Positions 46,331 through 54,980 of a DNA stretch of 56,036 nt are shown in pieces (the first letter of the stretch is position 1; every line of letters begins with the position of its first letter). The notes beneath the pieces were generated by a model that saw only the letters and a program-made list of their open reading frames with translations, searched no databases and was not told the origin of the DNA. The translations under genes and the position numbers were made by a program. Location: positions 1-56,036 of IMG/VR virus record IMGVR_UViG_3300002894_000009, one strand, 5' to 3'. This DNA comes from a virus. Lineage: Duplodnaviria; Caudoviricetes.

Positions 46331-46467
46331 CTTTATCCAGGTTGTGCCTGGACGATAACCGTACTTTTGCAGTAGGTTAAGCATCCATCGGTTGAGTCGC
46401 ATCTCCGATGGTGACTGGGCCGGGCCGCTTTCACAAGCGCCCGGCTCAACTGCTTCTGCGGCGCCCC

Positions 46468-46510
46468 TTGACCCGTCGGGCAAAACCCGCGATTTGATCA
46501 CCGTCCCGAG
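46468..46510 (+). promoter_or_regulatory. Late-promoter motif copy 3
   Basis: TTGACCCGTCGGGCAA-N19-GTCCCGAG; hairpin AAGGCCGCTC/GGGCGGCCTT follows at 46529-46553. Confidence 0.65.
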
Positions 46511-46566
46511 CGCTGTGCGCCGGGCCCGAAGGCCGCTCCGAGATGGGCGGCCTTTCGCGTTTCAGG

Positions 46567-47301
46567 ATGCCGCTTATGGACGCTGCCGACCGCGATGCGC
46601 TGATCGCCTCGGCCGGGCGGCTCGGGCTGACCCCTGTCGAGTGGGGCGGCCTTATGAGCTACGAGAGCGGGCTCAATCCGGGCCGGTGGGGTGGTGCCGG
46701 CGGTCGGCACCTCGGGCTGATCCAGTTCGGCCCGTCCGAGCAGAAGCAGTTCGGCGTCACTGGCCGCGAGAGCTTCCAGGAGCAGCTCCCGAAGGCGGAA
46801 GCCTTCCTCCTTGCCCGCGGCTACGAGCCCGGAATGGGCCTGATGCAGGCCTACAGCACCGTCAACGCTGGCTCGCCCGGTCGCCTGAACGCCTCGGACG
46901 CGAACAACGGCGGCATGCCGGGCACGGTGGCGGACAAGGTAAACAATCAGTTCGGCCCGCACTTCAAGAAGGTGGCCGCCTTCCTCGGCGGCGACGCGGC
47001 CATGACGATGCCAGCCGAGTCCGGTGCGGCGCCCGTCGCCTCCGGTCGCTTCGGCTTCTCCGGCATCGAGCCCTCGGCCGCGCCGGCGCCAACGATGGCG
47101 ACGCCCGACGCGAAGAAAGACGACGGGCTCGACGCGGCCTCCATTCTCAAGATGCTCGCGGGCGAAAAAGGCCTCGCGTCGTTGGCCGCGCCGGCAGCGG
47201 GTGGCGCGACCGCCGCCCCGGCGCCGCCGCCCATGGTGCCGATCCAACGCCGCGCCGTCCCCTTCGACCGCGACGCCTTCCTCGCGCTGCTGCGCCGCTG
47301 A
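46567..47301 (+). CDS. Lysozyme/lytic-transglycosylase-fold protein (probably virion-associated)
   Basis: MSYESGLNP catalytic Glu, GLIQF, AY-x3-NAG; low-complexity C-terminus. Confidence 0.75.
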   Translation: MPLMDAADRDALIASAGRLGLTPVEWGGLMSYESGLNPGRWGGAGGRHLGLIQFGPSEQKQFGVTGRESFQEQLPKAEAFLLARGYEPGMGLMQAYSTVNAGSPGRLNASDANNGGMPGTVADKVNNQFGPHFKKVAAFLGGDAAMTMPAESGAAPVASGRFGFSGIEPSAAPAPTMATPDAKKDDGLDAASILKMLAGEKGLASLAAPAAGGATAAPAPPPMVPIQRRAVPFDRDAFLALLRR

Positions 47302-47387
47302 CCTGACCCGATTCCGCTGAAGGCCTGACCAACCTGCACGCTGCCAGCGCTGTGGGAACGGACGGTCGCGCGCGCCTGGAGCCCGAG

Positions 47388-48647
47388 ATGACCGGCCTTA
47401 TCGACTTCTCGATTTTCGCGGCGGAGAACGCCACGGCAGCGCCTCCGATCAACTGGCCGGAGGGCATGCCGGCCAACGCCGTGAACAACTCTTCGCGGGA
47501 GGAAATGGCGGCACTGGCTCGTTGGCGGGCCGACGACAGCGGCGTCCTCGGCGCGACGATCGCCGGCAACGCGGTCTCGGTCACGACCTTTCAGGGCTTC
47601 AAGGCCAGCCACTTCAACAGCGCTTTCCGCCTCTCGTTCGCGCTGCCGCAAGAGAACACCGGCCCCGTCACGCTCAACATCGACAACACCGGGGCTCGCC
47701 CATGGCGTCGCCTCCGCGGCTTCGAGTTTGCGCCCGGCGATCTTCAGATCCTCGTCACCCATGACGTGATCTGGAACCCTGTCATCGGCGCCTTCATCTC
47801 CCGGGCGCCGACCTTCGACACGCCCGGCCGGATCAGCGCTTTCGCGACGCCCGAGGCGATCCCGCCCGGGTGGGTCGAATGCGACGGCCGAGAGCTTTCC
47901 CGCGTCTCATACGCCGCCCTATTTTCAGTCATCGGCACGGCCTATGGCGCCGGCAACGGCTCGACCACGTTCAACGTGCCGGATCTGCGCGGTCGAACCC
48001 TGTTCGGGCGCGATGGCGGCGTCGGTCGCCTGACGGGCGCCGGCGGGCTCGGCGGCAATGTCGGCAACGCGGGCGGCTCCGAGACCGTGACGCTGAACGA
48101 GCTGCAGTTGCCCTCGCATGGGCATGCGGGCTCAACGGGTGGCGCCGGCGGGCACGACCACGGCGGCGGAACGGGGCAGGCAGGCCAGCACAGCCACGGG
48201 GGCGTCACCGGCGATTCGGGCGGGCACACCCACTCGGCTTCGTCCGACCAGCAGGGTAACCACGCGCACACCGGGACGACCGACAACAACGGCGAGCACT
48301 CGCACCAGCAGGGCTATGCCGTGGGTGTGGCAGGCTCCGGATCGACCAACCGCACCGTGTCGGATCTCGCGCCTACGGGGGCGCGCACCGGCATCGGCAT
48401 CACGGATGCCGCCGGCGTCCACCAGCATACCTTCACGACCGCAGACGCCGGAGCGCACTCGCACGGCATTACGGTCAACGGCGTCAGCGACCATGCCCAC
48501 GTGATCAACGCGGACGGTGGCCACGCTCACACGATCCCGGGCGTCGGCGACCATACCCATTCGCTGAACATCTCGGTGACGGGCGGCAGCCAAGCGCACC
48601 CGAACATGCCGCCCGGCCTCGTCGGCGTCTTCGCGATCAAGGGCTGA
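47388..48647 (+). CDS. Tail fibre with tail-collar domain and HxH-repeat needle
   Basis: GWVECDG-x3-SR-x2-Y-x2-LF-x-VIGT-x-YG-x-GNGSTTFNVPDLRGR collar; 11 HxH motifs; H-x-N-x-PP end. Confidence 0.9.
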   Translation: MTGLIDFSIFAAENATAAPPINWPEGMPANAVNNSSREEMAALARWRADDSGVLGATIAGNAVSVTTFQGFKASHFNSAFRLSFALPQENTGPVTLNIDNTGARPWRRLRGFEFAPGDLQILVTHDVIWNPVIGAFISRAPTFDTPGRISAFATPEAIPPGWVECDGRELSRVSYAALFSVIGTAYGAGNGSTTFNVPDLRGRTLFGRDGGVGRLTGAGGLGGNVGNAGGSETVTLNELQLPSHGHAGSTGGAGGHDHGGGTGQAGQHSHGGVTGDSGGHTHSASSDQQGNHAHTGTTDNNGEHSHQQGYAVGVAGSGSTNRTVSDLAPTGARTGIGITDAAGVHQHTFTTADAGAHSHGITVNGVSDHAHVINADGGHAHTIPGVGDHTHSLNISVTGGSQAHPNMPPGLVGVFAIKG

Positions 48648-48679
48648 TCGCTCCTCCCCCTCAAAACCGGAACCCTCGA

Positions 48680-49651
48680 ATGAGCGTCACCGACTGGTCC
48701 CCCCAGCCGGGCGGCAACGCCTTGGCTGATCGCGCCATCCCCGCCCGAGACGGCATGGCCGGCCGTGAGGTTCCGGAGGCGATCCGCGGTCTGATGGCAA
48801 AGACCGCTGCGCTAGCCCTGGATCAGGGCGGCGCCCTGGTCTCGACCGGCACCGACAACGTTTACGAGGTCGCGACGAACTCGGGCGTCTCAGCCTTGAA
48901 GCCGGGCGTCTCGATCTCGTTTTGGGCCGACCGCGACAACACCGCCGAGCCGTATCTCAATGTGGACGGGACCGGGCCGCGGCGCTGGCTGTCTGCCGAC
49001 GGGCTAAGCCTGCCGGCCGGCGCGATCCAGGCCGGCCTTCTCTACACCGTCTCCTGGAATGCGGCCCTGCCCGGCACGTTGCCGGCGTGGCGCATGGTCG
49101 GTGCAGCGACAGGGTCCATCTCGACGGGCCTAGCCGGCTTCGACTTCTCCGGCACGCTGGCTGAGCGCGCGCAGTACGACGCCGAATCCAAGGGTAAGGT
49201 CTACCTCGCCATAGCGGACACGCCGCTCGGGCCGTCGTGGACCCTCTACGTCAAGCGCTCGAACGGGTTCGCCGACTGGTCCACGGGGCTGCCAATCAAG
49301 GCGAGCCCAGCGCAGTCAACGGCCGAAGCGCAGGCTGCAGCAGACCGCGCCGCTGCGCAGATCCCGCTCGTGACACAAGCGGGCGCCGAACAGGTCGCCG
49401 CTGCGCAGGCACAAGCGCAGACCGCCTCTGTGCAAGCTGCGGCATCGTCTCAGGCGCGGGCCGAGGCAGTGGCAGCCCGCGACGTTACCGAAGTTCTGAA
49501 GTCCGCCGCCGGCCAGAGCGCCGCGCAGGCCGCCGCCTCAAGCGTGGAGGCGACACAACTCGCGCGGCTCGTCGGCGCGCTCGTCTACGACATGGGCACC
49601 CTGGACCAGCCCTCCGATGGGTCCACCTCCTTTGACTTCGGATCGCTCTGA
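48680..49651 (+). CDS. Tail adaptor/fibre with anchor domain paralogous to 47388
   Basis: Shared N-terminal DW/DF-S...GM...R-x2-MA pattern; Ala-rich coiled coil; C-terminal YDMG...FDFG. Confidence 0.7.
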   Translation: MSVTDWSPQPGGNALADRAIPARDGMAGREVPEAIRGLMAKTAALALDQGGALVSTGTDNVYEVATNSGVSALKPGVSISFWADRDNTAEPYLNVDGTGPRRWLSADGLSLPAGAIQAGLLYTVSWNAALPGTLPAWRMVGAATGSISTGLAGFDFSGTLAERAQYDAESKGKVYLAIADTPLGPSWTLYVKRSNGFADWSTGLPIKASPAQSTAEAQAAADRAAAQIPLVTQAGAEQVAAAQAQAQTASVQAAASSQARAEAVAARDVTEVLKSAAGQSAAQAAASSVEATQLARLVGALVYDMGTLDQPSDGSTSFDFGSL

Positions 49652-51180
49652 TGGCTCGTACGCCCCTCCGCGTCGTTCGAGACGCTGCCGCTCGGATTGC
49701 GAGCTATGTCGGTCCCTCCGGGGAGCCGGTGTTCAACGCCGACACACGCCGCCTGCACATGCAGGATGGTGTCACCGCGGGAGGTCATCCGCTTGCGCTT
49801 CTCTCTGAGGTCCCTAAGGGCGTGAACGACCTGCCGGGCCTGCCCGATGCACTCGCAGCTCGCGCCTACCAGCCCGCCTACAAGTCGCTGGTCATCTTCG
49901 GCTCGTCGAACGGCGCGGGTATGGGTGCGTCCAGCTATACGGGTGATCCGACCGAGGCCAACGGCTGGGCCTCCCCGCCCACAAGCGCGATGGGCCTACT
50001 GACCGCAGCATTGAAGCAGCATGATGTACGGTGGCAGGCCTTCAATCGCTCGATTTCTGGATCTGGCGTAATCCAGTCTCTTGATCGGTTCTACACGGAT
50101 GTGGCTCCCCACCGTCCGTCACACGTCATTCTGGGCACCCACCCGAAGAACGACGGATACGACGTGCAACGCTACTTGCGCGGCACCGAGCTCCTCTGCC
50201 GGATGTGTGATGCGATTGGTGCTGTTCCGATCATCCGGGGCGCCTACCCCGACAACGCCATGTCGGCCGATGAGTATAACCGGTGTCTCGCGCTGAACGC
50301 GGCACTCGACACGCTGGGCCGTAACCGGATCGACCACATGTCGATCATGGACGACGGCGCTGGCCACATCGTTGGCGGCTCGGCCTACCACATCGGCGAC
50401 GGGCTGCACCTCAACGATGCCGGGCAGGAGTTGCAGTTCCGGGCCATCGATGTCGGGCTGTTCACCTATGGCGCCTCGATGCGCTTCGCCGACGCGGATC
50501 GGGGGTTCGCATGGCAGATCGCGCCCGCTACCACGACCGGAACCGCGATCGTTCTCAATGCGAGCGCCGGCCTTCTCAACCCGCCGCGTAGCCTCACGAT
50601 GCGGGCGAGGGTGCGGAGCGGCCCTGGCTCTACCACGGCCGTCGCCCCCCTGTCGGCCTATGCGCAGGGACTCGGCACCGAGGCCGATCAGAACAACATC
50701 GTCCGCATCCGGGCGGCGAACGGCCCTTACGCCCTGGCGGATGTGGGCGGGGTCATTGGCCCCAACAGCAACGTCAACCCGAGGTCGGACGGCACGACCG
50801 TCCGCGATCTGGTGATGGTGGTGGATGCCGCCGCAAACCGCCTCTCGTTCTTCATCGACGGCGTGTTGATTTCGTCTGGCGCTCCGAATGCGGCCCTGGT
50901 CCCCTGCAAGGTCTTTGCTATCGGCGGGCGGGCGGAGCCCGGCAACGCGTTCCCGGCGTCGGGGCTGGCGATTGCCGGCGCAGGCATCTGGAACGTCCCG
51001 CTGAGCGCTACGGCCGTCGCCGAGATGTACCGGACCGGGCGGCTCCCGCCGGCCGGGCTCATCTACGGCGGTGTGCTCTCTGGGGCGCCGTCGGCGGGGG
51101 GCATCGTGCCGAACGTCGTCCGCAACAGCTTGGTCGGCCGCCTCGGCGAAGCTCCCTGGCAGACCGTGCCGAACATCTAA
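49651..51180 (+). CDS. Tailspike: Mtd-N-like head, SGNH esterase and LamG-like domain
   Basis: GE-x5-DT-x2-L-x3-DGVT-x-GG; IFGSSNG block I, NRSISGS block II, DGLHLN block V; FFIDG...IWN-x-PLS LamG. Confidence 0.8.
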   Translation: MARTPLRVVRDAAARIASYVGPSGEPVFNADTRRLHMQDGVTAGGHPLALLSEVPKGVNDLPGLPDALAARAYQPAYKSLVIFGSSNGAGMGASSYTGDPTEANGWASPPTSAMGLLTAALKQHDVRWQAFNRSISGSGVIQSLDRFYTDVAPHRPSHVILGTHPKNDGYDVQRYLRGTELLCRMCDAIGAVPIIRGAYPDNAMSADEYNRCLALNAALDTLGRNRIDHMSIMDDGAGHIVGGSAYHIGDGLHLNDAGQELQFRAIDVGLFTYGASMRFADADRGFAWQIAPATTTGTAIVLNASAGLLNPPRSLTMRARVRSGPGSTTAVAPLSAYAQGLGTEADQNNIVRIRAANGPYALADVGGVIGPNSNVNPRSDGTTVRDLVMVVDAAANRLSFFIDGVLISSGAPNAALVPCKVFAIGGRAEPGNAFPASGLAIAGAGIWNVPLSATAVAEMYRTGRLPPAGLIYGGVLSGAPSAGGIVPNVVRNSLVGRLGEAPWQTVPNI

Positions 51181-51239
51181 GCGGACCTGCTCGCCGCGCC
51201 ACTCGGCCCGAGCCCACCTCCTCGACAATCGGAACCAGC

Positions 51240-51578
51240 ATGTTCCTGCAACGCCTCGCGGTGCGGGCCGCTCTCGCTTGCCTCGTGCTCGCGGGCGCGC
51301 CCGCCTGCGCCGAAACGGCCTCGTGGTACGGGCCCGGCTTCCACGGTCGGCTCACGGCCAACGGCGAGCGGTTCGACCAGAACGCCCTCACCGCCGCGCA
51401 TCGCTCACTGCCCTTCGGCACACGCGTGCGCGTCACGAGTACGGAGACCGGCCGGTCGGTGGTGGTCCGCATCAACGACCGCGGCCCCTTCGTTCGAGGT
51501 CGGTCGATCGACCTCGCCCGTGCCGCCGCCCGGGTGATCGGCTGCGGCACCTGCCGCGTCGCTCTTCAGCCCCTCTGA
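51240..51578 (+). CDS. RlpA-family (DPBB) lytic transglycosylase, no SPOR domain
   Basis: Signal peptide; ASWYG-x2-FHG-x2-TANGE-x-F...TAAH-x-SLPFGT...RINDRGPF...IDL. Confidence 0.92.
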   Translation: MFLQRLAVRAALACLVLAGAPACAETASWYGPGFHGRLTANGERFDQNALTAAHRSLPFGTRVRVTSTETGRSVVVRINDRGPFVRGRSIDLARAAARVIGCGTCRVALQPL

Positions 51579-51600
51579 TCCTCCCGCGCCAGGACCGCTG

Positions 51601-52095
51601 ATGTCCCGCTTCGCCTACTACTTCGACTTCGTGTCGATGCCGGCGCTCGCGCTGGTGCTGATCCTGTTCGGCGGCGCCACGCTGCCGGGCATCCTCCTCG
51701 GCCTCGTCGCCTGGACGCTCGCCGAGTATGCGATCCACCGCGTGCTGTTCCACCGCCTGCCGCTGTTCAAGGCGGGCCACGACGAGCACCACGCCAAGCC
51801 CTCGGGCCGAACCGGCGTCACGTCCTGGCACTCGCTTCTCGTGTTCGGGGCGCTGTTCCTGCTGCTGCCGGCTGGCGTGCTCGCGGGCCTCGCCCTCGGG
51901 TATCTCGCCTACATCGCGGCTCACCATGCCGTGCATCACTGGCGGGTTGCGCCGGGTCATCTGCTCTATGGGCTGAAGATCCGGCACGCGATGCACCACC
52001 GCGGCGATGAGGTGAACTTCGGCGTCGTCACCACCGTATGGGATCGGGTGTTCGGGACGCACCGGCCTAGTCGGTCAAAACCCGGTCAAATCTAG
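51601..52095 (+). CDS. Fatty acid hydroxylase / sterol desaturase family membrane di-iron enzyme
   Basis: EYAIHRVLFH, HDEHH, HHAVHH, HAMHH His boxes; NFGV-x3-WDRVFGT; TM helices. Confidence 0.9.
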   Translation: MSRFAYYFDFVSMPALALVLILFGGATLPGILLGLVAWTLAEYAIHRVLFHRLPLFKAGHDEHHAKPSGRTGVTSWHSLLVFGALFLLLPAGVLAGLALGYLAYIAAHHAVHHWRVAPGHLLYGLKIRHAMHHRGDEVNFGVVTTVWDRVFGTHRPSRSKPGQI

Positions 52096-52197
52096 TCCAT
52101 CCGCTAAGCGCCTGATCCGCTGAGCTTTCGACCTGCTGGAGCGGGGTCGGATCGCGCCGCGGTCAAGAACTCGTCCACCCACAATCCGGAGATCTCG

Positions 52198-52854
52198 ATG
52201 GCCGCGAGCCTGAACCGCGCCGCCTTCTATGCGGCCGTGCGCGCATCCCTGTTCGAGGGGCGTCTGAAGTCCTCGCAGGTCACCGGCATGGACGCGATCC
52301 TCGACGCCGCGCCCTCGCTGCTCGGCACCACGTCGCTCGGCTATGCGCTGGCGACCACGTTCCACGAGACGGCGCGCACCATGCAGCCGATCGAGGAATA
52401 CGGCCGAGGCAAGGGTCGCGCCTACGGGCCGACCGGCTTCTGGGGGCGCGGCTTCGTGCAGCTCACCTGGGAGGAGAACTACGCCAAGGCGACCAAGCGT
52501 CTCCGACAGCTCGGCATCCTGCGGGCCGACGAGGACCTGGTGAAGACGCCGAATCTCGCGATGCGGCTCGATGTAGCTGCGGCGATCCTCTTCTACGGCA
52601 TGGTCGAGGGCTGGTTCACCGGCAAGAAGCTCGCGGACTATTTCGGCGGCGGTCGCTACGAGCCGGTCGGAGCCCGCCGCATCATCAACGGCACCGACAA
52701 GGACGACCTGATCGCCGGCCAGTGCGGTCACATGGTCGATGCGCTGCGCGCCGCCGGGCATTCGGTGATCCCGACCGTAGTGAGCCCGCCCGTCACCCCC
52801 AAGCCGGGCTTCCTCGCGCGGCTCGCGGCCACCTTCACCGGAAAGGCCGCCTGA
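52198..52854 (+). CDS. Endolysin, glycoside hydrolase family 19
   Basis: YALAT-x2-HET...PIEE...GRGFVQLTW-x2-NY...ARRIING. Confidence 0.9.
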   Translation: MAASLNRAAFYAAVRASLFEGRLKSSQVTGMDAILDAAPSLLGTTSLGYALATTFHETARTMQPIEEYGRGKGRAYGPTGFWGRGFVQLTWEENYAKATKRLRQLGILRADEDLVKTPNLAMRLDVAAAILFYGMVEGWFTGKKLADYFGGGRYEPVGARRIINGTDKDDLIAGQCGHMVDALRAAGHSVIPTVVSPPVTPKPGFLARLAATFTGKAA

Positions 52855-53120
52855 TGTTCCCCGCCCTTCGCCGCCGGGCTCGGCGCTGCATGGCCGCGAT
52901 GCGCGGCTACAAGGTTTATGCGGCGTCGGCCGCGCTCGCCTCCATCGATCTTGTGCCCGAGCTGCTCAATGCGACGGCCGGCGTGGATTGGTCGCCGCTG
53001 CTGCCGGAGGGGTGGGGCGTGCGCGCGGCCGGCTGGCTGGCTGTCTTGCGCCTTGTCGCGCCTATCGTGAAGGCGCGCCTGCGCAAGCCGCCGGCCGATC
53101 CGATGGGCGGGCCCCGCTGA
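52854..53120 (+). CDS. Putative holin or antiholin
   Basis: Two hydrophobic segments; coupled to the endolysin gene. Confidence 0.6.
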   Translation: MFPALRRRARRCMAAMRGYKVYAASAALASIDLVPELLNATAGVDWSPLLPEGWGVRAAGWLAVLRLVAPIVKARLRKPPADPMGGPR

Positions 53121-53533
53121 TGTGGGGACTCATCCTCTCGGTTTTGCCGGGGCTGGCCGGCAAGCTGCTCGACTTCGCCAACAAGCGTGCGGACACCGAC
53201 CTCGCTCGGCATCAGGCCGATATCGGCGCCGATGTCGCGACCAACGCGCAGATGTTTCAGGCCTGGATCGTCGCCCAGCAGCAGGTGGCGGCCGCCCGGA
53301 ACGCGGACCGTGCGTCCCTCCTCACGGCGTGGATGATGCCCGTCGCGTTCGCGATCGCAATTACCCACTTCGGCGCCGTCACCTTCGACTGCTTCCCGTG
53401 GCCGGGGCACGAAGTCGGATCGTGGCGGATCGCGGCCATGCCCGGCGCCTACCTCCAAATTCAGCAGACGATCATCTGGGCTGGCGTCGGCTTGGTTGGG
53501 CTGCTCGGCGTGAAGAAGACGTTCGCGCGGTAG
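53120..53533 (+). CDS. Putative holin (3TM-like)
   Basis: N-terminal amphipathic helix, two further TM segments, basic C-terminus. Confidence 0.65.
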   Translation: MWGLILSVLPGLAGKLLDFANKRADTDLARHQADIGADVATNAQMFQAWIVAQQQVAAARNADRASLLTAWMMPVAFAIAITHFGAVTFDCFPWPGHEVGSWRIAAMPGAYLQIQQTIIWAGVGLVGLLGVKKTFAR

Positions 53534-53554
53534 GGCCGCGCAAAGGATACAGCT

Positions 53555-53911
53555 ATGGACACCTCGTTCCTCTCGCCCGGCCCGATCACCTGGGCGCATG
53601 TCGTGGCGTTCGCACTGTTCCTGGTCGGTCTCGGCAAGCTCGTCGACTGGATCACGGGCAAGCTGCGCGCCGGCACGAAGGACGCGGTGTCCCCGCTTAC
53701 GATCGACATGGCGGCGGTGAAGATCCAGATCGCGGCCCAGACGGAAGCCCTGCACAACTTCAAGGTCGAGGTCGCCCGAACCTACGTGACCGGCGACGTC
53801 ATCACCCGGATGGAGCGCCGCATCGACGACCTCGTGACCTCGATGCGCGAGGAAATGGCCGCGACACGCCGGGAGATGCTTCAAGCGATCACGGGGCGCC
53901 GGCCCGACTGA
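53555..53911 (+). CDS. TM plus coiled-coil lysis-module protein
   Basis: N-terminal TM, VARTYV...RMERRID coiled coil; AAGGA SD. Confidence 0.6.
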   Translation: MDTSFLSPGPITWAHVVAFALFLVGLGKLVDWITGKLRAGTKDAVSPLTIDMAAVKIQIAAQTEALHNFKVEVARTYVTGDVITRMERRIDDLVTSMREEMAATRREMLQAITGRRPD

Positions 53912-53917
53912 TCCCCA

Positions 53918-54409
53918 CTATCCACATCCGTCCACATACCGCCCCGGGGCTTCGGCCTCGGGGCTTTTTTCGTGCGTGCTGCCGGCCGGCCGCTCGTATC
54001 CCTCCCACGCGACCATGGCGACCCAATACGTCATGCCGCCATTGTCGTGGGCGGTGAGCCTGCGCATCTCCGCGCGCCAGTTTCGCTCCAGCGCCCAGGC
54101 CGCGCGTAGCGCCTCGATCGCCTCCTCCTTCGTGTGCCGGAAGCCGCTCTCGGTCTTGCTCGGCTTCGTCATGCCGACGAACTGGCGAACGCAGGTGATC
54201 GTCCAGTACCAGCGCGGCGGAGCGGGGATGCTGTCGTTGCGGTAGATCCGGCCGACCACGATGCCGCGGACCTCGAGCGTGAAGTCGGGGCCCGGCTCGA
54301 AGGTGTGGCGCCAGACCTCGGCGTCGGGGTCGGTCACCACAGGCGCAGCATCCGGGTGGCAAGCGCGAAGAAGCCGAGCGCCCAGCCTGTCAACACGAGC
54401 CAGTGCCAC
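53918..54409 (-). CDS. Hypothetical protein (start uncertain)
   Basis: VVGRIY...W-x-WTI...G-x3-TKEEA pattern. Confidence 0.55.
   Translation of the reverse strand: MALARVDRLGARLLRACHPDAAPVVTDPDAEVWRHTFEPGPDFTLEVRGIVVGRIYRNDSIPAPPRWYWTITCVRQFVGMTKPSKTESGFRHTKEEAIEALRAAWALERNWRAEMRRLTAHDNGGMTYWVAMVAWEGYERPAGSTHEKSPEAEAPGRYVDGCG
53941..53970 (+). terminator. Intrinsic terminator ending the late operon
   Basis: GCCCCGGGGC-TTCG-GCCTCGGGGC-TTTTTT. Confidence 0.9.
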
Positions 54410-54500
54410 CAGCGCATGGGCTTCGGTTGATGCCGCGGGCGCTCCTCGACGTTGGCGAGGTAGCGATCAAGTTGCGCGGCGGGCGAGTCCTCAGGCTCGC

Positions 54501-54767
54501 TCACGCCTTCTGCGCCCGCGCCAGCAGGATCGCGGTGCGGACCGCCGCGCGCTTTAGGTTCTCGCTCGACTCGGTGTTAGCGACGACCTCGCTCGCCCAT
54601 GCGTGTCCGGCGACGGCCGCGGCGAGGTCGAGGCTGTAGCCGTCGGCGATCGGGTGGGCGGTGGTGCCGGGATCGGCCCGGTACGCCTCGACAGCCGCGT
54701 TCACCTGCTCGTCGGTGACGGCCTTGGCCTTGAACAGTTCGCCGACGGTGGGGTTTAGATCAGCCAT
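54501..54767 (-). CDS. Hypothetical protein (88 aa), probably leaderless
   Basis: TAGGCT-N6-ATG; protein-like helical sequence. Confidence 0.65.
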   Translation of the reverse strand: MADLNPTVGELFKAKAVTDEQVNAAVEAYRADPGTTAHPIADGYSLDLAAAVAGHAWASEVVANTESSENLKRAAVRTAILLARAQKA

Positions 54768-54929
54768 CCCGCGAGCCTATCCCGCCGGCATTTGACCCGC
54801 CAGGACACCCGCGTCACAGCGTCGAAGGGAGGCCATTTCCGCTTTGCGAAACCCGTCTAACCCACTGATAAACCTAGCGGCCAATTTTCGGTCTTTTGCA
54901 GAAAATACATTGAATTTCAGCAAATCGAG

Positions 54930-54980
54930 CCTGTCTGGGGGACAGGGGGTCGTCGGTTCAAGTCCGGCCACTCCGACCAT
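54930..54980 (+). repeat. attR core (51 bp, 3' half of tRNA-Pro)
   Basis: Identical to 1071-1121; preceded by an AT-rich arm region. Confidence 0.97.

Larger units (their letters stand above)
1071..54980. mobile_element. Intact-looking temperate prophage, P22-like podovirus architecture
   Basis: Bounded by 51-bp direct repeats of the tRNA 3' half; integrase, cI/cro, replication, terminase, portal, capsid, ejection, tail fibre and lysis modules present; no tape measure gene. Confidence 0.95.

Noticed and set aside
47141-47152. 12-bp match (CCATTCTCAAGA) to the serine-recombinase palindrome as a partner site
   Set aside because: Lies inside a coding region, lacks the symmetric second arm and is compatible with chance
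47388-51180. Diversity-generating retroelement or tail-fibre shufflon
   Set aside because: Despite an Mtd-N-like domain, I found no reverse transcriptase, no TR/VR pair and no inverted fibre cassettes
52854-53911. Rz/Rz1 spanin pair
   Set aside because: No lipobox-containing nested or adjacent ORF could be identified
54930-54980. Second tRNA-Pro gene
   Set aside because: Only the 3' 50 nt are present; the acceptor 5' strand and D-arm are missing, so it is attR
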